A stretch of DNA of 32,000 nucleotides. Source: Nanobdella aerobiophila (lineage in GTDB: Archaea; Nanobdellota; Nanobdellia; Nanobdellales; Nanobdellaceae). Location: NCBI RefSeq assembly GCF_023169545.1, contig NZ_AP019769.1, positions 330,001 to 362,000 of the forward strand. Reading direction: 5' to 3'. The notes under the pieces are model-generated. The model was not told the DNA's origin. It saw only the letters and a list, made by a program, of their open reading frames with translations, and ran no database searches. The position numbers and the translations under genes are program-made. Positions 1 to 9,643 of this stretch are shown one piece after another. Numbering within the stretch: position 1 is the stretch's first letter; each line of letters opens with the position of its first letter.

Positions 1-203
1 TATCGTTATCCGACATATATTATTCTGAATATTATACCATTATTAGCATTTTATAATTTTATATTTAAATAATCATGATAAAATCATTGAATATTTATAT
101 AATTATTTGTATTTTTAATAGATATGAAAAATCATAGTATTTAACAAGAAAAAATATTTTATAGGTAAAAATTTTAATATTAATATTTAACTAAATTAAA
201 AAA

Positions 204-893
204 CTAATATTGATAATATACTAGCCTTTTTAAAGGATGGTCTGATATGCCACCCAATAGTATAGGTTTATATCCTATACCGTCTATAAGCATTTTATAA
301 CCGAATTCATCTTTTTCTATCCTTGCTAATCTGTACTCAATATGATATGGTTGAGCTAAGGAATCTATTTTAGTTAAGGGAGTTACATTAGTTAATGCAT
401 ATGCTCCCTTCTTCTCAATTGCCGTTTCAACTAATTCACTCCTATATTTGGATTTTTGATCATTAAGATTTGAAGTTATATATTCTAGATCACTTCTTTT
501 TAATAATACTCCATATTTTAGTTTACCTGTATCTCTATCTGCGAATCCAATAACAAAAGCTCCCCTTTTCTCAGGATCGTGATATTCTTCTATTTTAAAA
601 GACATCTTGCTGATATCAGTAATCTTGTAATTATCACTATTTAAAGGATCTTGTCCAAAATATATTTTTAAATCTTTGAGAGCTCCTGGAATTTCTTTAA
701 ATCCTTGCCTTCCATAATATTCACCAATTTTTCCACCACCTACTGTCGTACAATCCTCGTATTTTTGTAAATCTTCAATAGATCTAAGACCTCCATATAG
801 ATGTTTTTCTAATAGTCTAACACATTCCTCAGTACTGTATCCTTTTATAACTCTTCCTACTAGAATGGTATCAAGTGTTTTGTCACTGACCAT
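204..893 (-). CDS. Hypothetical protein, 229 aa, no family recognised
   Basis: Long intact ORF with ordinary soluble-protein composition, flanked by non-coding AT-rich sequence. Confidence 0.6.
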   Translation of the reverse strand: MVSDKTLDTILVGRVIKGYSTEECVRLLEKHLYGGLRSIEDLQKYEDCTTVGGGKIGEYYGRQGFKEIPGALKDLKIYFGQDPLNSDNYKITDISKMSFKIEEYHDPEKRGAFVIGFADRDTGKLKYGVLLKRSDLEYITSNLNDQKSKYRSELVETAIEKKGAYALTNVTPLTKIDSLAQPYHIEYRLARIEKDEFGYKMLIDGIGYKPILLGGISDHPLKRLVYYQY

Positions 894-1133
894 AAGGTAA
901 TATTAATCAAAAAATTTATAAATATTTCTATAGTTTTAAATAATCCTTATATAAAAATTTTATAATCTTAGAATCTAAGTCCAAATTTTTCAATAATATA
1001 TCTATAACTTATTAACTTTTTTAATTTATTTATTTGTTTAAATATTTATCATAATATAAATAATTCATATTGAAAAAATTGGATTTAACCTAAATATCAT
1101 TATAATATATATAGAGATTTAATAATAAAAATA

Positions 1134-3701
1134 TTAGATTGTTTCTATCAGAATTTTAGAACTTTTCTTATCTATCACATCTAGATCTATCTCAAATATA
1201 TTATTATATTTATCTATTAATATTATTTTAGAATTAAGTATAATTACATTTCCTCTACCCATAGTATATACAAACATAGGTCCTTTATCAGTTAATAGAT
1301 CCCACTCTAACTGATCCCCTTTTATATTTATCTTGTTTATTTTATTAACTTTGAATATTAAACTATTATATTTTAAAGCATTCTCCAATATCCTTTTATA
1401 ATCAGGATCAAGTTTTGTATAATCTTCTAATAGAAATATTTCGTTTCCTTCTTCATCATAAAATCCAATAAATTTTGGATTTGTAATTGGAAATAACATC
1501 TTAGGCATTAGCTCAATATATTTTTTTCCATCATATGTTATATCTACCCTACTGGGTCTAGTAGATGGTTCTATAATAATATTATCATTTATTAAATTTA
1601 ATTTATTTTTATTACCTTTTATTTCTCTTGAAAAAACATTCTCTTCATTAATCTGTTCTCTAAACATTTTATAAAATTCTCCTTTTATATTTAATAATTC
1701 TTGTGGATTACCTTCCTCTACTAATTTCCCATCATCTAATACGATTACCTTATCAGCATTCATAACCTCATGCACATTATGTGTTATCATTATAACTGTT
1801 TTATTATGAGACGCATTAATCATAGCTTCATATACTTCTCTTTCACTCATTACGTCTAAATTTGATGTTGCTTCATCAAATATTAATATATCGGGATCTT
1901 TTATCATAGCTCTTGCGATACTTATTCTTTGTCTTTGTCCTCCAGATAAGAATGTACCCCTCTCTCCTAAAATAGTATCATATGCAAATGGTAACCTAAT
2001 AATTTCATCGTGAATATTTGCTATTTTACAAGCTTTTATAATTTCTACTTCATTTATATTATTTGACCCGTATGCTACATTGTAACCAACTGTTGTATCA
2101 AATAATACTACTTCTTGTGGCACATAGGATATCCTTTTTCTTATGTAATTAAGGTCAATATCTTTTATATTGATACCGCCTATTAATACAGATCCTTCAT
2201 TTACGTCATAAAATCTTAGAAGTAATTTAGCAATTGTACTTTTTCCAGAACCACTTTTGCCAACTATAGCTACTTTTTCTCCGGGTTTTATAGAGAAGCT
2301 AATATTACTTATTACCGGAAAATAAGGATCATAACCAAATGTTACATTATCTAATTTAATTTCCGCTGGCATATCTGGAATTTTCGGATTTTCTGGATTT
2401 ACTATTTGTGGTTTAACCTCTAATATCTCTCTTATTCTTTCGGCAGATGTTAAAGATTGCTGAATGAATGGCAGAACATTACTTAAATTATTTATAGGCC
2501 CATAAAATTGCGATATGTATGCTATGAATGCTGTTATTACACCAAGCTCTATGATACCAGATAATACTTCATGTCCTCCAATCCACCATATAATTACTGT
2601 AGACAAATTTACTATAAACCCCATTATAGGCCAATAAAGTGAATTCATATTATTTATAGCACTACTTGATTCATATAACTTATTTAGCATTTCTTTTAAT
2701 TTTTTTGATTCATATAGTTCTTTTGAAAATGATCTTACTATTAAATAGTTGGGAATAGTATCATTTACTTTTGAAGTTATATCTGCACTTCTTCTCCAGT
2801 TCCTATGATATAATCTATGTGACTTCCTCCTATACTTTATTATCATATAAATAGTTACTGGAACTGGAATAAGTATAAAAATTGCTAAAGTTGAACTTAA
2901 TGTAAATAGTATTATACCTATACCAATAATTGTAAAGAAATTAGTTGCTAATGTTGGTATACCCCAGACTAACAACCAGTTTGTATTACCAGCATCTGTA
3001 GTTAATCTAGATAATATCCTACTAGGAGAAACCTTTTCTATAAAAGAATAATCATGCATCATAACATGTTCATATAACAAACCCCTTAGATCATTTATTA
3101 TCTTAGAACCTAGATTATTCAATATCCTACTTTGTAATGATGAAACAATGGCTAAAGTAAGATAAGACAAAGTTAAAAATATAATTATAATTTCAAATAA
3201 AGAAGAAGGATGTGTTCTTGACAATAAAACACCATCTATCAATATTTTAAGTAAATATGGTGGTACTAAATTTAATCCAGTAGAAGTTAAAGATAATAGT
3301 GCTCCTATTATCATAATTTTTCTATATTTAACAGAGATACTAAATAACCATTTTAAAGTACTCATACTAACTTTTGAATTTTCCTCATCTTCTTCATTTT
3401 GAATATCTATATTTTGATTTTTATTAAAAGCATCTGAAATTTTTTTAAAAACTTTTTCTTTATTTCTAGTAAAGTATCCTACTTCTATTTTTCCATTGCC
3501 TGTTACTGCTACTAATTTTCCTACAGATATACCAGTTTCTATGTATAATTTTTTTACATCAATAACCCTAAAAAGCTCTTTTTGATCTGAATTATATACA
3601 ATAATATCTTTATTATCTATTTTTATAATCTGTTTATTTAAATTTAGATCTCGGTCTAAATCTGTTTCTATAGTTATAGAAGAATAAGAATCACTCTTCA
3701 T
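1134..3701 (-). CDS. ABC exporter (fused TMD-NBD) with N-terminal small domain and C-terminal DUF1854 domain, of the type seen in cyanophycin-associated transporters
   Basis: Walker A GKSGSGKST, signature LSGGQRQRISIARAM, Walker B ILIFDEAT, H-loop ITHNVHE, and preceding TM helices. C-terminus reads MLFPITNPKFIGFYDEEGNEIFLLEDY...WDLLTDKGPMFVYTMGRGNVIIL...ILIDKYNNIFEIDLDVIDKKSSKIL, matching the DUF1854 pattern. Confidence 0.9.
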   Translation of the reverse strand: MKSDSYSSITIETDLDRDLNLNKQIIKIDNKDIIVYNSDQKELFRVIDVKKLYIETGISVGKLVAVTGNGKIEVGYFTRNKEKVFKKISDAFNKNQNIDIQNEEDEENSKVSMSTLKWLFSISVKYRKIMIIGALLSLTSTGLNLVPPYLLKILIDGVLLSRTHPSSLFEIIIIFLTLSYLTLAIVSSLQSRILNNLGSKIINDLRGLLYEHVMMHDYSFIEKVSPSRILSRLTTDAGNTNWLLVWGIPTLATNFFTIIGIGIILFTLSSTLAIFILIPVPVTIYMIIKYRRKSHRLYHRNWRRSADITSKVNDTIPNYLIVRSFSKELYESKKLKEMLNKLYESSSAINNMNSLYWPIMGFIVNLSTVIIWWIGGHEVLSGIIELGVITAFIAYISQFYGPINNLSNVLPFIQQSLTSAERIREILEVKPQIVNPENPKIPDMPAEIKLDNVTFGYDPYFPVISNISFSIKPGEKVAIVGKSGSGKSTIAKLLLRFYDVNEGSVLIGGINIKDIDLNYIRKRISYVPQEVVLFDTTVGYNVAYGSNNINEVEIIKACKIANIHDEIIRLPFAYDTILGERGTFLSGGQRQRISIARAMIKDPDILIFDEATSNLDVMSEREVYEAMINASHNKTVIMITHNVHEVMNADKVIVLDDGKLVEEGNPQELLNIKGEFYKMFREQINEENVFSREIKGNKNKLNLINDNIIIEPSTRPSRVDITYDGKKYIELMPKMLFPITNPKFIGFYDEEGNEIFLLEDYTKLDPDYKRILENALKYNSLIFKVNKINKINIKGDQLEWDLLTDKGPMFVYTMGRGNVIILNSKIILIDKYNNIFEIDLDVIDKKSSKILIETI

Positions 3702-3946
3702 ATTTTCAAAATTTTTATTAATATATTTATAAATTATTTATTACTTTCAAGATCATTAATTTAAATTTTATTATCTAAAATTAATCTATCAAAACTACAC
3801 TACATAGATAAATCTTTTATATATTGAATCTATATTATTGATACACTTATTAATATTATTAATACAGTATTTATTTAATATATTTTCTAAAATCTTTCCT
3901 AATCTATAACTTTCTCTTCTTTCATCCCTCCAAAGATACGATATAA

Positions 3947-4219
3947 TATATTATTATTTATATATCACCACATACAGGATCATCTTCAAATTGGATATGT
4001 GTATATTATTTATCAAGTATTAATTTAGAAGGTAATGTATCTATTCCATTGAGTACTTTTATACTAGATTCATTAAATTATTCAAAAAATGTATTTAAGA
4101 ATTTTAATGAATATAATTATTATTTAGATGTTATACAAATAGGTATGGAATTTAATGATATTAATGGAACTGTAAATCTAGGATATAAGTTATATAATTG
4201 GAATTTTATTTTTCAATAA
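3947..4219 (+). pseudogene. Start-less open frame, probably the 3' remnant of a secreted/extracellular protein gene
   Basis: Open frame with no in-frame ATG near its 5' end: ...SPHTGSSSNWICVYYLSSINLEGNVSIPLSTFILDSLNYSKNVFKNFNEYNYYLDVIQIGMEFNDINGTVNLGYKLYNWNFIFQ*. Protein-like composition. Its stop lies 1 nt from the stop of the next gene. Confidence 0.45.
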
Positions 4220-4220
4220 A

Positions 4221-4652
4221 TTATATTTTTTCCCATTCTTCTATATCTCCTTCAATTATATAAAATATTGGATGTACTTCTATATTTTTTATATCTCTAA
4301 ATTCTTCATATCTTTTAATATCTCTATTTTTTAATTTTTTTAATAAATGATTAAATTCATAATTTACTTGTTCTTTTGTTACTGGTATTTTACTTATATT
4401 TAAATCATATTTCAATATTTTAGAAAGATCAAAATTATAATTTCTATTTTTTCCTTCTAAATATATATAATATAAGTAAGTTCCTATATATAATAATGGA
4501 TTATTTAATCTTTTAAATCTGATTAATTGGGGATGATTTTTATATCCTTTTGTTAAACCTTGTAAAACTTTCTGAGCCAATAATGTTTCTCTCCATACAC
4601 CTAATAATCCTTTTGTATCGAGATATTTTGGACTAATTGACCATATTCTCAT
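4221..4652 (-). CDS. Pyrimidine dimer DNA glycosylase / endonuclease V family (Pyr_excise)
   Basis: MRIWSISPKYLDTKGLLGVWRETLLAQKVLQGLTKGYKNHPQLIRFK matches the conserved N-terminus of this family. Confidence 0.85.
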   Translation of the reverse strand: MRIWSISPKYLDTKGLLGVWRETLLAQKVLQGLTKGYKNHPQLIRFKRLNNPLLYIGTYLYYIYLEGKNRNYNFDLSKILKYDLNISKIPVTKEQVNYEFNHLLKKLKNRDIKRYEEFRDIKNIEVHPIFYIIEGDIEEWEKI

Positions 4653-4699
4653 AAAAATATACTTATAAAGAATATATAAAAAATTATGATAATATTTTT

Positions 4700-5400
4700 A
4701 TATTTGGATTATTTGAGTTTCCTATTGCTATCCATGAATAAGAATTTTCATCTGGACTACATGTAGAAGAAATGTATATATAATATGGTGTTAAAAAGTT
4801 ATAGATGTTTTGATTATCATCAACATAAGCACTATCGCCGTAATAGTCCATTACACTATCAATTTGAGTATTATCATACTCCTGGCTACTGAATATTATA
4901 TACCTGTAGAACCAAGAGGAGAGAATACAAATCTATAATATGTTGAATATCTAGGATATAAAATACTACCTGGACAAGATTGCTCCCACTAGCTTCTCGA
5001 ACATCTACTGCAGAACCATCGCAGTATTTTGGATTTCTACTTATAAATATTGAATAATATCGTACAACCATTATATAAAACTAATGAATTATTAGATATT
5101 GTATATTTAAAATTATTATTTAGTATAGTATAATCTGAACTTGTAGAGATATTAGATAAATTATAAAAATCATCGAATATCAGATATAGACTATCTTCTT
5201 GATTCTGACCATTTGAAGGATATATGGAACTTTAACCAAAAACAATTTATAGCATAATATGGTAATTATTGCAAGAATTTGATATATTATTTTGTAAGAA
5301 TCTGATGAATCGGATTATAATTATTTACTTCGTTATTATCAGAAGTTTCATTTTTATAATTATTTATATTATTAGAATAATATAATTTTTCCCATCACAT
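4700..5400 (-). pseudogene. Degraded, frame-shifted gene for a probable secreted/extracellular protein
   Basis: Successive protein-like fragments in different minus frames: WEKLYYSNNINNYKNETSDNNEVNNYNPIH / YPSNGQNQEDSLYLIFDDFYNLSNISTSSDYTILNNNFKYTISNNSLVLYNGCTILFNIYK* / RNPKYCDGSAVDVREASGS / SCPGSILYPRYSTYYRFVF / SSQEYDNTQIDSVMDYYGDSAYVDDNQNIYNFLTPYYIYISSTCSPDENSYSWIAIGNSNNPNI. Confidence 0.55.
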
Positions 5401-5429
5401 CTAATATATTTTAAAGAAGTATAAAAATA

Positions 5430-5948
5430 TTATATTCTAAATATATTATTCCATATTTTATTCTTAAATATTAAAAATTGATAAATAATTAATATATCTC
5501 TGGCTCTTTTATAATTAGGATAGTATTTTGATACATGATTCCAAAACTTTTTATTATGATTAAAATATAATAAATGAGATAATTCGTGAATAATTATATA
5601 ATCTAATATATTATCTGGGATCGATATTAATCTTATAGAAAAATTTAAATTTCTTTTCGACGAACAACTACCCCAAACATATTTTGAACTCCTTATATAT
5701 ACTTTTGAATATTCTAAATTCATAATCTTGGACCAATAATTTAATTTATAAATTATATCCTTTTTTAATATATCTTTTAGATATTTTTTAAATGATTTGT
5801 AATTTTTAATATAAATATAACCTGTATCTATTTTATTTTTATTTGAATGTTTTAGGTCGAAGAACATCCCTTTATATATAAATTTTTTACTATGGTTTTT
5901 ATTATATTTATTTACCAAATATAATATATTTCTAATTGATTTATTCAT
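5430..5948 (-). CDS. YgjP-like zinc metallopeptidase domain protein
   Basis: IHELSHLLYFNHNKKFWNHVSKYYPNY (HExxH motif with downstream H/Y..F) and YVWGSCSSKRNLNFSIRLISIPDNILDYIIIHEL, both typical of the YgjP-like family. Confidence 0.88.
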   Translation of the reverse strand: MNKSIRNILYLVNKYNKNHSKKFIYKGMFFDLKHSNKNKIDTGYIYIKNYKSFKKYLKDILKKDIIYKLNYWSKIMNLEYSKVYIRSSKYVWGSCSSKRNLNFSIRLISIPDNILDYIIIHELSHLLYFNHNKKFWNHVSKYYPNYKRARDILIIYQFLIFKNKIWNNIFRI

Positions 5949-6032
5949 CCTATAATTACATTGTAATTTAATCTTTAAATATAAAAATTAATAATATTTT
6001 TTAATCTTTAGGTGCATATAATATCTATGCTA

Positions 6033-6130
6033 CCGGGCGTAGCTCAGGCCTGGTAGAGCGGCCGGCTGTAGTGTAAATATCCGGCCTCGCAGAGACCGGC
6101 AGGTCGTGGGTTCAAGTCCCACCGCCCGGA
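6033..6130 (+). tRNA. tRNA-Tyr (GUA anticodon), with a predicted 23-nt intron at position 37/38 (about 6072-6094)
   Basis: Acceptor CCGGGCG/CGCCCGG (archaeal Tyr C1-G72), discriminator A, D stem GCTC/GAGC, anticodon stem GCCGG/CCGGC, mature loop CTGTAGA after intron removal, T arm GTGGG-TTCAAGT-CCCAC. CTGT/GCAG can form the central BHB helix with 3-nt bulges AGT and AGA. Confidence 0.93.
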
Positions 6131-6160
6131 CTTTTATTCTTTTTGTATAAATTAATATAA

Positions 6161-6921
6161 ATGATAAAGATGATATTAATTCCATCAACATTTACTGGAG
6201 AAAAAAAGGATAATATTAATATCGCAATTAGCAAGATCAATTGTTAACTTTGGGATAAATGAGATAGGAATATATTATGATAATGATCCAAAGTTTGATT
6301 CTCATGGCTTGGGTAGATTTTTATTAAAGGTATTAAAATACTTACATACACCACCATATATTAGAAAAATAGCTTTTCCTTTAGATAAATCATTAAAAGA
6401 TATAGGTATATCTTTTCCCATAAATAGTTATTATCATAAAGATAGATCTAGATATGAATATGTATATATATTAAAAAGAGAGAATAATAAATTATTAGTT
6501 ACAGATGGAGAAAAAGAATTTTATATAAATATTAAGAGAAAATATAAAAATACAAATGTATTAATTTATGATAAAAATAAAAAAGAATTAATATATCCTT
6601 ACGAAACTGAATATTACTTCGGTTATGAAGCTTTTTATTATAATAAACCACTATTGGATTTAATAAATAAGTTAAAAAAAGAGGGTTTTATATTATAGGA
6701 ACATCTAGATATGGAGAAAATATAAGAAATATTAAAATTGGAAAAAAGATAAAATTGCAATAGTATTTGGATCTTTTGCTAGAGGAATAGAAGATATAAT
6801 AAATAATTGGAAAGATATTTTTGATATAACCATAAATATTTGTCCTGATCAAAAGTTAGAAACTATAAGAACAGAAGAAGCAGTTTACTACACCTTATCA
6901 ACACTATATTACTATCTATAA
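6161..6921 (+). pseudogene. SPOUT-family RNA methyltransferase-like gene (archaeal DUF171/C9orf114-like), interrupted by apparent frameshifts
   Basis: Contiguous homologous-looking protein across frames: MIKMILIPSTFTGEKRIIL.. | SQLARSIVNFGINEIGIYYDNDPKFDSHGLGRFLLKVLKYLHTPPYIRKIAFPLDKSLKDIGISFPINSYYH... | IIGTSRYGENIRNIKIGK | DKIAIVFGSFARGIEDII...QKLETIRTEEAVYYTLSTLYYYL*. The supplied ORF 6309..6698 is only the middle piece and starts at TTG. Confidence 0.75.
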
Positions 6922-6962
6922 ATATAATAAAAATATAAATTTTAGTAATCATAAAAATAACA

Positions 6963-8294
6963 ATGAAAAATACTAAAATAATAGCAACTATAGGACCTTC
7001 TACAATAGATAAAATAAAGGATATAGACAAGTATGTAGATATATATAGAATAAATTTTTCTCATGGAGATAAAAAAAGCCATAAAGAATATTTCGATAAA
7101 ATAAGGGAGAATAGCGAAAAACCAATACTAGTAGATCTACCAGGACCTAAGATAAGGATAGGAAATATAAAAGATAAAATTATTTTAAAGAAAGGAGACA
7201 AAATAATATTCTCACAAAATGACGGAGTGCCAGTAGAGGAAGAGATATTTTATAATATAGTAAAACCTGGAACAGATATATATTTATCTGATGGGGATAT
7301 TAAAGTACATATTGATAAAGTAGAGGATCACAAAGTTGAAGGAACAATATTAGATGGTGGTATATTAACATCAAAAAAAGGAATAAATATTCCAGATATA
7401 AATTTACCTTCTGGAATTACAAAAAAAGATATAGAACTATTAAAAGATGGATTAAAACTTGGAGCAGATTATTTTGGATTATCTTTTATATTAAATAAAG
7501 ATGATATATTAAAAGTTAAAGATATAGTAAAGGATAGAGCATGGATAATATCAAAAATAGAGACTCAAAAAGCGATGAATGATCTAGAAGAAATTATAAA
7601 AGTTTCTGACGGAGTAATGGTAGCTAGAGGAGATTTAGGTGTAGATATAGGATTTACAAATCTTATATTTGCTCAAAAGAGGATCATAGAGTTATCTAGA
7701 ACATATGGAAAGCCAGTAATATTAGCAACACATGTATTAGAGTCTATGGTAAATAATTCCGTTCCAACAAGAGCAGAGATAATAGACGCCTCAAATTCTG
7801 TATTAGAAGGAGTAGATGCCATAATGTTAAGTGATGAAACGGCAATAGGAAATAATCCAATAGATGCTATAGAAATGCTAAATGATATTATAGTAAATGT
7901 AGAAAAAAATATAAAAAGTATAAGGCCACCTATTAATGATTATAATGATTCTATTGCATTAGCAACTATAGATGCTGCAGAAATATCAAAATCAAAATTA
8001 ATAATAGTATATAGTAGAACAGGAAGTTCAATAATAAGAATATCAAGGTTAAGACCTAGTATAAATATAATAGGATTAACTCCAAATAAGAATCTATTAA
8101 AAAAATTAAATATATTATATGGTGTATATCCAATATTAGAAGATAGAAATTTAAGTTCTATATCAGAAATAGTTGATTATTGTAGAAAATTGTCTAAGGA
8201 ATATATAGATAGAGGAAACATAATTATTGTAGGAGGCGATCCAAAGTCTAAATTAGGTAAAACAGATTTTCTAAAGATCGAAGAGATTGATTAG
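6963..8294 (+). CDS. pyk: Pyruvate kinase
   Basis: KIIATIGPS, INFSHG, VDLPGPKIRIG, VMVARGDLGVD, PVILATHVLESM, AEIIDASNSVLEGVDAIMLSDETAIG. Confidence 0.97.
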   Translation: MKNTKIIATIGPSTIDKIKDIDKYVDIYRINFSHGDKKSHKEYFDKIRENSEKPILVDLPGPKIRIGNIKDKIILKKGDKIIFSQNDGVPVEEEIFYNIVKPGTDIYLSDGDIKVHIDKVEDHKVEGTILDGGILTSKKGINIPDINLPSGITKKDIELLKDGLKLGADYFGLSFILNKDDILKVKDIVKDRAWIISKIETQKAMNDLEEIIKVSDGVMVARGDLGVDIGFTNLIFAQKRIIELSRTYGKPVILATHVLESMVNNSVPTRAEIIDASNSVLEGVDAIMLSDETAIGNNPIDAIEMLNDIIVNVEKNIKSIRPPINDYNDSIALATIDAAEISKSKLIIVYSRTGSSIIRISRLRPSINIIGLTPNKNLLKKLNILYGVYPILEDRNLSSISEIVDYCRKLSKEYIDRGNIIIVGGDPKSKLGKTDFLKIEEID

Positions 8295-8295
8295 T

Positions 8296-8742
8296 TCAAT
8301 ATTTTTGGCATTCTTCAGACAAAATATTATATGCTTTATTAATAGTAGCATTTAATCTGTCCTTATTTAAATTTTTATTGATATAACTCAATATACACAT
8401 TATTGTATAAGAATTTTCTCCACTAACTAAATCTTTTATAAACTTAATATAATAATCTTTATCATCAGCATATCTAAATATTTTTGAAAATATATTTAAT
8501 AATAAAATCTTATTTTCTTCATCAAATTCACTATAATTATCACATATTATTTTATATACATCTTTTATATAATTAGGAGATGATGATATCTCTTTTAGAA
8601 AACCTTCAATTATTTTTCTATCTTTATTACTTTTAGATGCATTTAAAATATCTTCCAAAGATTTTTCCATGTACTCTATATACTCTTTATCCACAAATTT
8701 TCTCTCTAAAATACCCTTACATTTACTATCTATAAATGTCAT
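8296..8742 (-). CDS. Hypothetical alpha-helical protein, 148 aa
   Basis: Intact ORF in compact context, 1 nt from the end of pyk and 5 nt from the upstream gene. Confidence 0.65.
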   Translation of the reverse strand: MTFIDSKCKGILERKFVDKEYIEYMEKSLEDILNASKSNKDRKIIEGFLKEISSSPNYIKDVYKIICDNYSEFDEENKILLLNIFSKIFRYADDKDYYIKFIKDLVSGENSYTIMCILSYINKNLNKDRLNATINKAYNILSEECQKY

Positions 8743-8747
8743 AATTA

Positions 8748-9590
8748 TTAATTCAATATCTCATTTATAAAGTATTTTAATAAAAAATATGCAGATTTAC
8801 CCTCCATATTAAAATTTTCTGGATCTAATACCTTATTAATTTCTAAAAATATCATAAATAAATCTCTAGCCCAGGCAGTAAATACTTTTTTTCTTTCTAA
8901 ATCCATGAAACCATATGGGTGTAATATCCTAGAAAGATTGGAATATAATTTTAACATAAAATTAGGATCTCTATTAATTGTCTCATACGCTAGTGATATT
9001 AATGCTCCTGCTTTAGGCATAGCAATAGTAAAATATTTTGCTTTGGAATTACAAAATGAACATTTAATATTTTTATCTGGTCTTATATTTAAATTTTTAT
9101 ACAAATATTTTATTTCTTTTGAATAATCATTCCATTTTAAATGATTCTCACATACTGGTTTTCCAGCAAAATATATGGTATATTTATCTATTTCTTTTTT
9201 ATCTATATATTTCTTTATCTTCCCTAATGCTTCACCTCCATATCTTATTACATAACCGTCATCAACCATCCTATGCCAGTCCTTGTTTTTTAATACTTTT
9301 TTATATATATTTGTAGCATTTTTAATTAATATAGATAAAGAATATCTTTCTAGTATAAATCTATTTATCCCTTCTGCAGGATGTAAATATCCTAAATAAG
9401 CATTTTTATAACCTATTTTTAATGCTTTTATTATATCCTTATACAATGACAAATATTTAATATACTTTAATTCATAAACTATTATCTTTTTAGTTATTTT
9501 AATAAATTCTTTATCAGAATTTGGAACTTTCTTGATTAAATCAACAGTTCCAGAAGTAGTATATAAATATTTTAACAGTTCTTTATTCAT
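8748..9590 (-). CDS. Hypothetical protein with a CxxC pair (CSFC), 280 aa
   Basis: Intact ORF with distinctive segments RPDKNIKCSFCNSKAKYF and ILHPYGFMDLERKKVFTAWARDLFMIF. Confidence 0.7.
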   Translation of the reverse strand: MNKELLKYLYTTSGTVDLIKKVPNSDKEFIKITKKIIVYELKYIKYLSLYKDIIKALKIGYKNAYLGYLHPAEGINRFILERYSLSILIKNATNIYKKVLKNKDWHRMVDDGYVIRYGGEALGKIKKYIDKKEIDKYTIYFAGKPVCENHLKWNDYSKEIKYLYKNLNIRPDKNIKCSFCNSKAKYFTIAMPKAGALISLAYETINRDPNFMLKLYSNLSRILHPYGFMDLERKKVFTAWARDLFMIFLEINKVLDPENFNMEGKSAYFLLKYFINEILN

Positions 9591-9643
9591 ATAATATTAT
9601 TTCATCCTTAAATATTTAAAAAATAAACTAAAAATATCATATT

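Noticed and set aside
6309-6698. Stand-alone 129-aa protein as given in the ORF track
   Set aside because: Starts at an internal TTG, and the upstream and downstream sequence encodes matching SPOUT-family segments in other frames. Treated as part of one disrupted gene.
8905-9316. Two plus-strand ORFs (73 and 65 aa) opposite the 280-aa gene
   Set aside because: Fully antisense to a longer intact ORF, with low-complexity hydrophobic composition typical of reversed AT-rich coding sequence.
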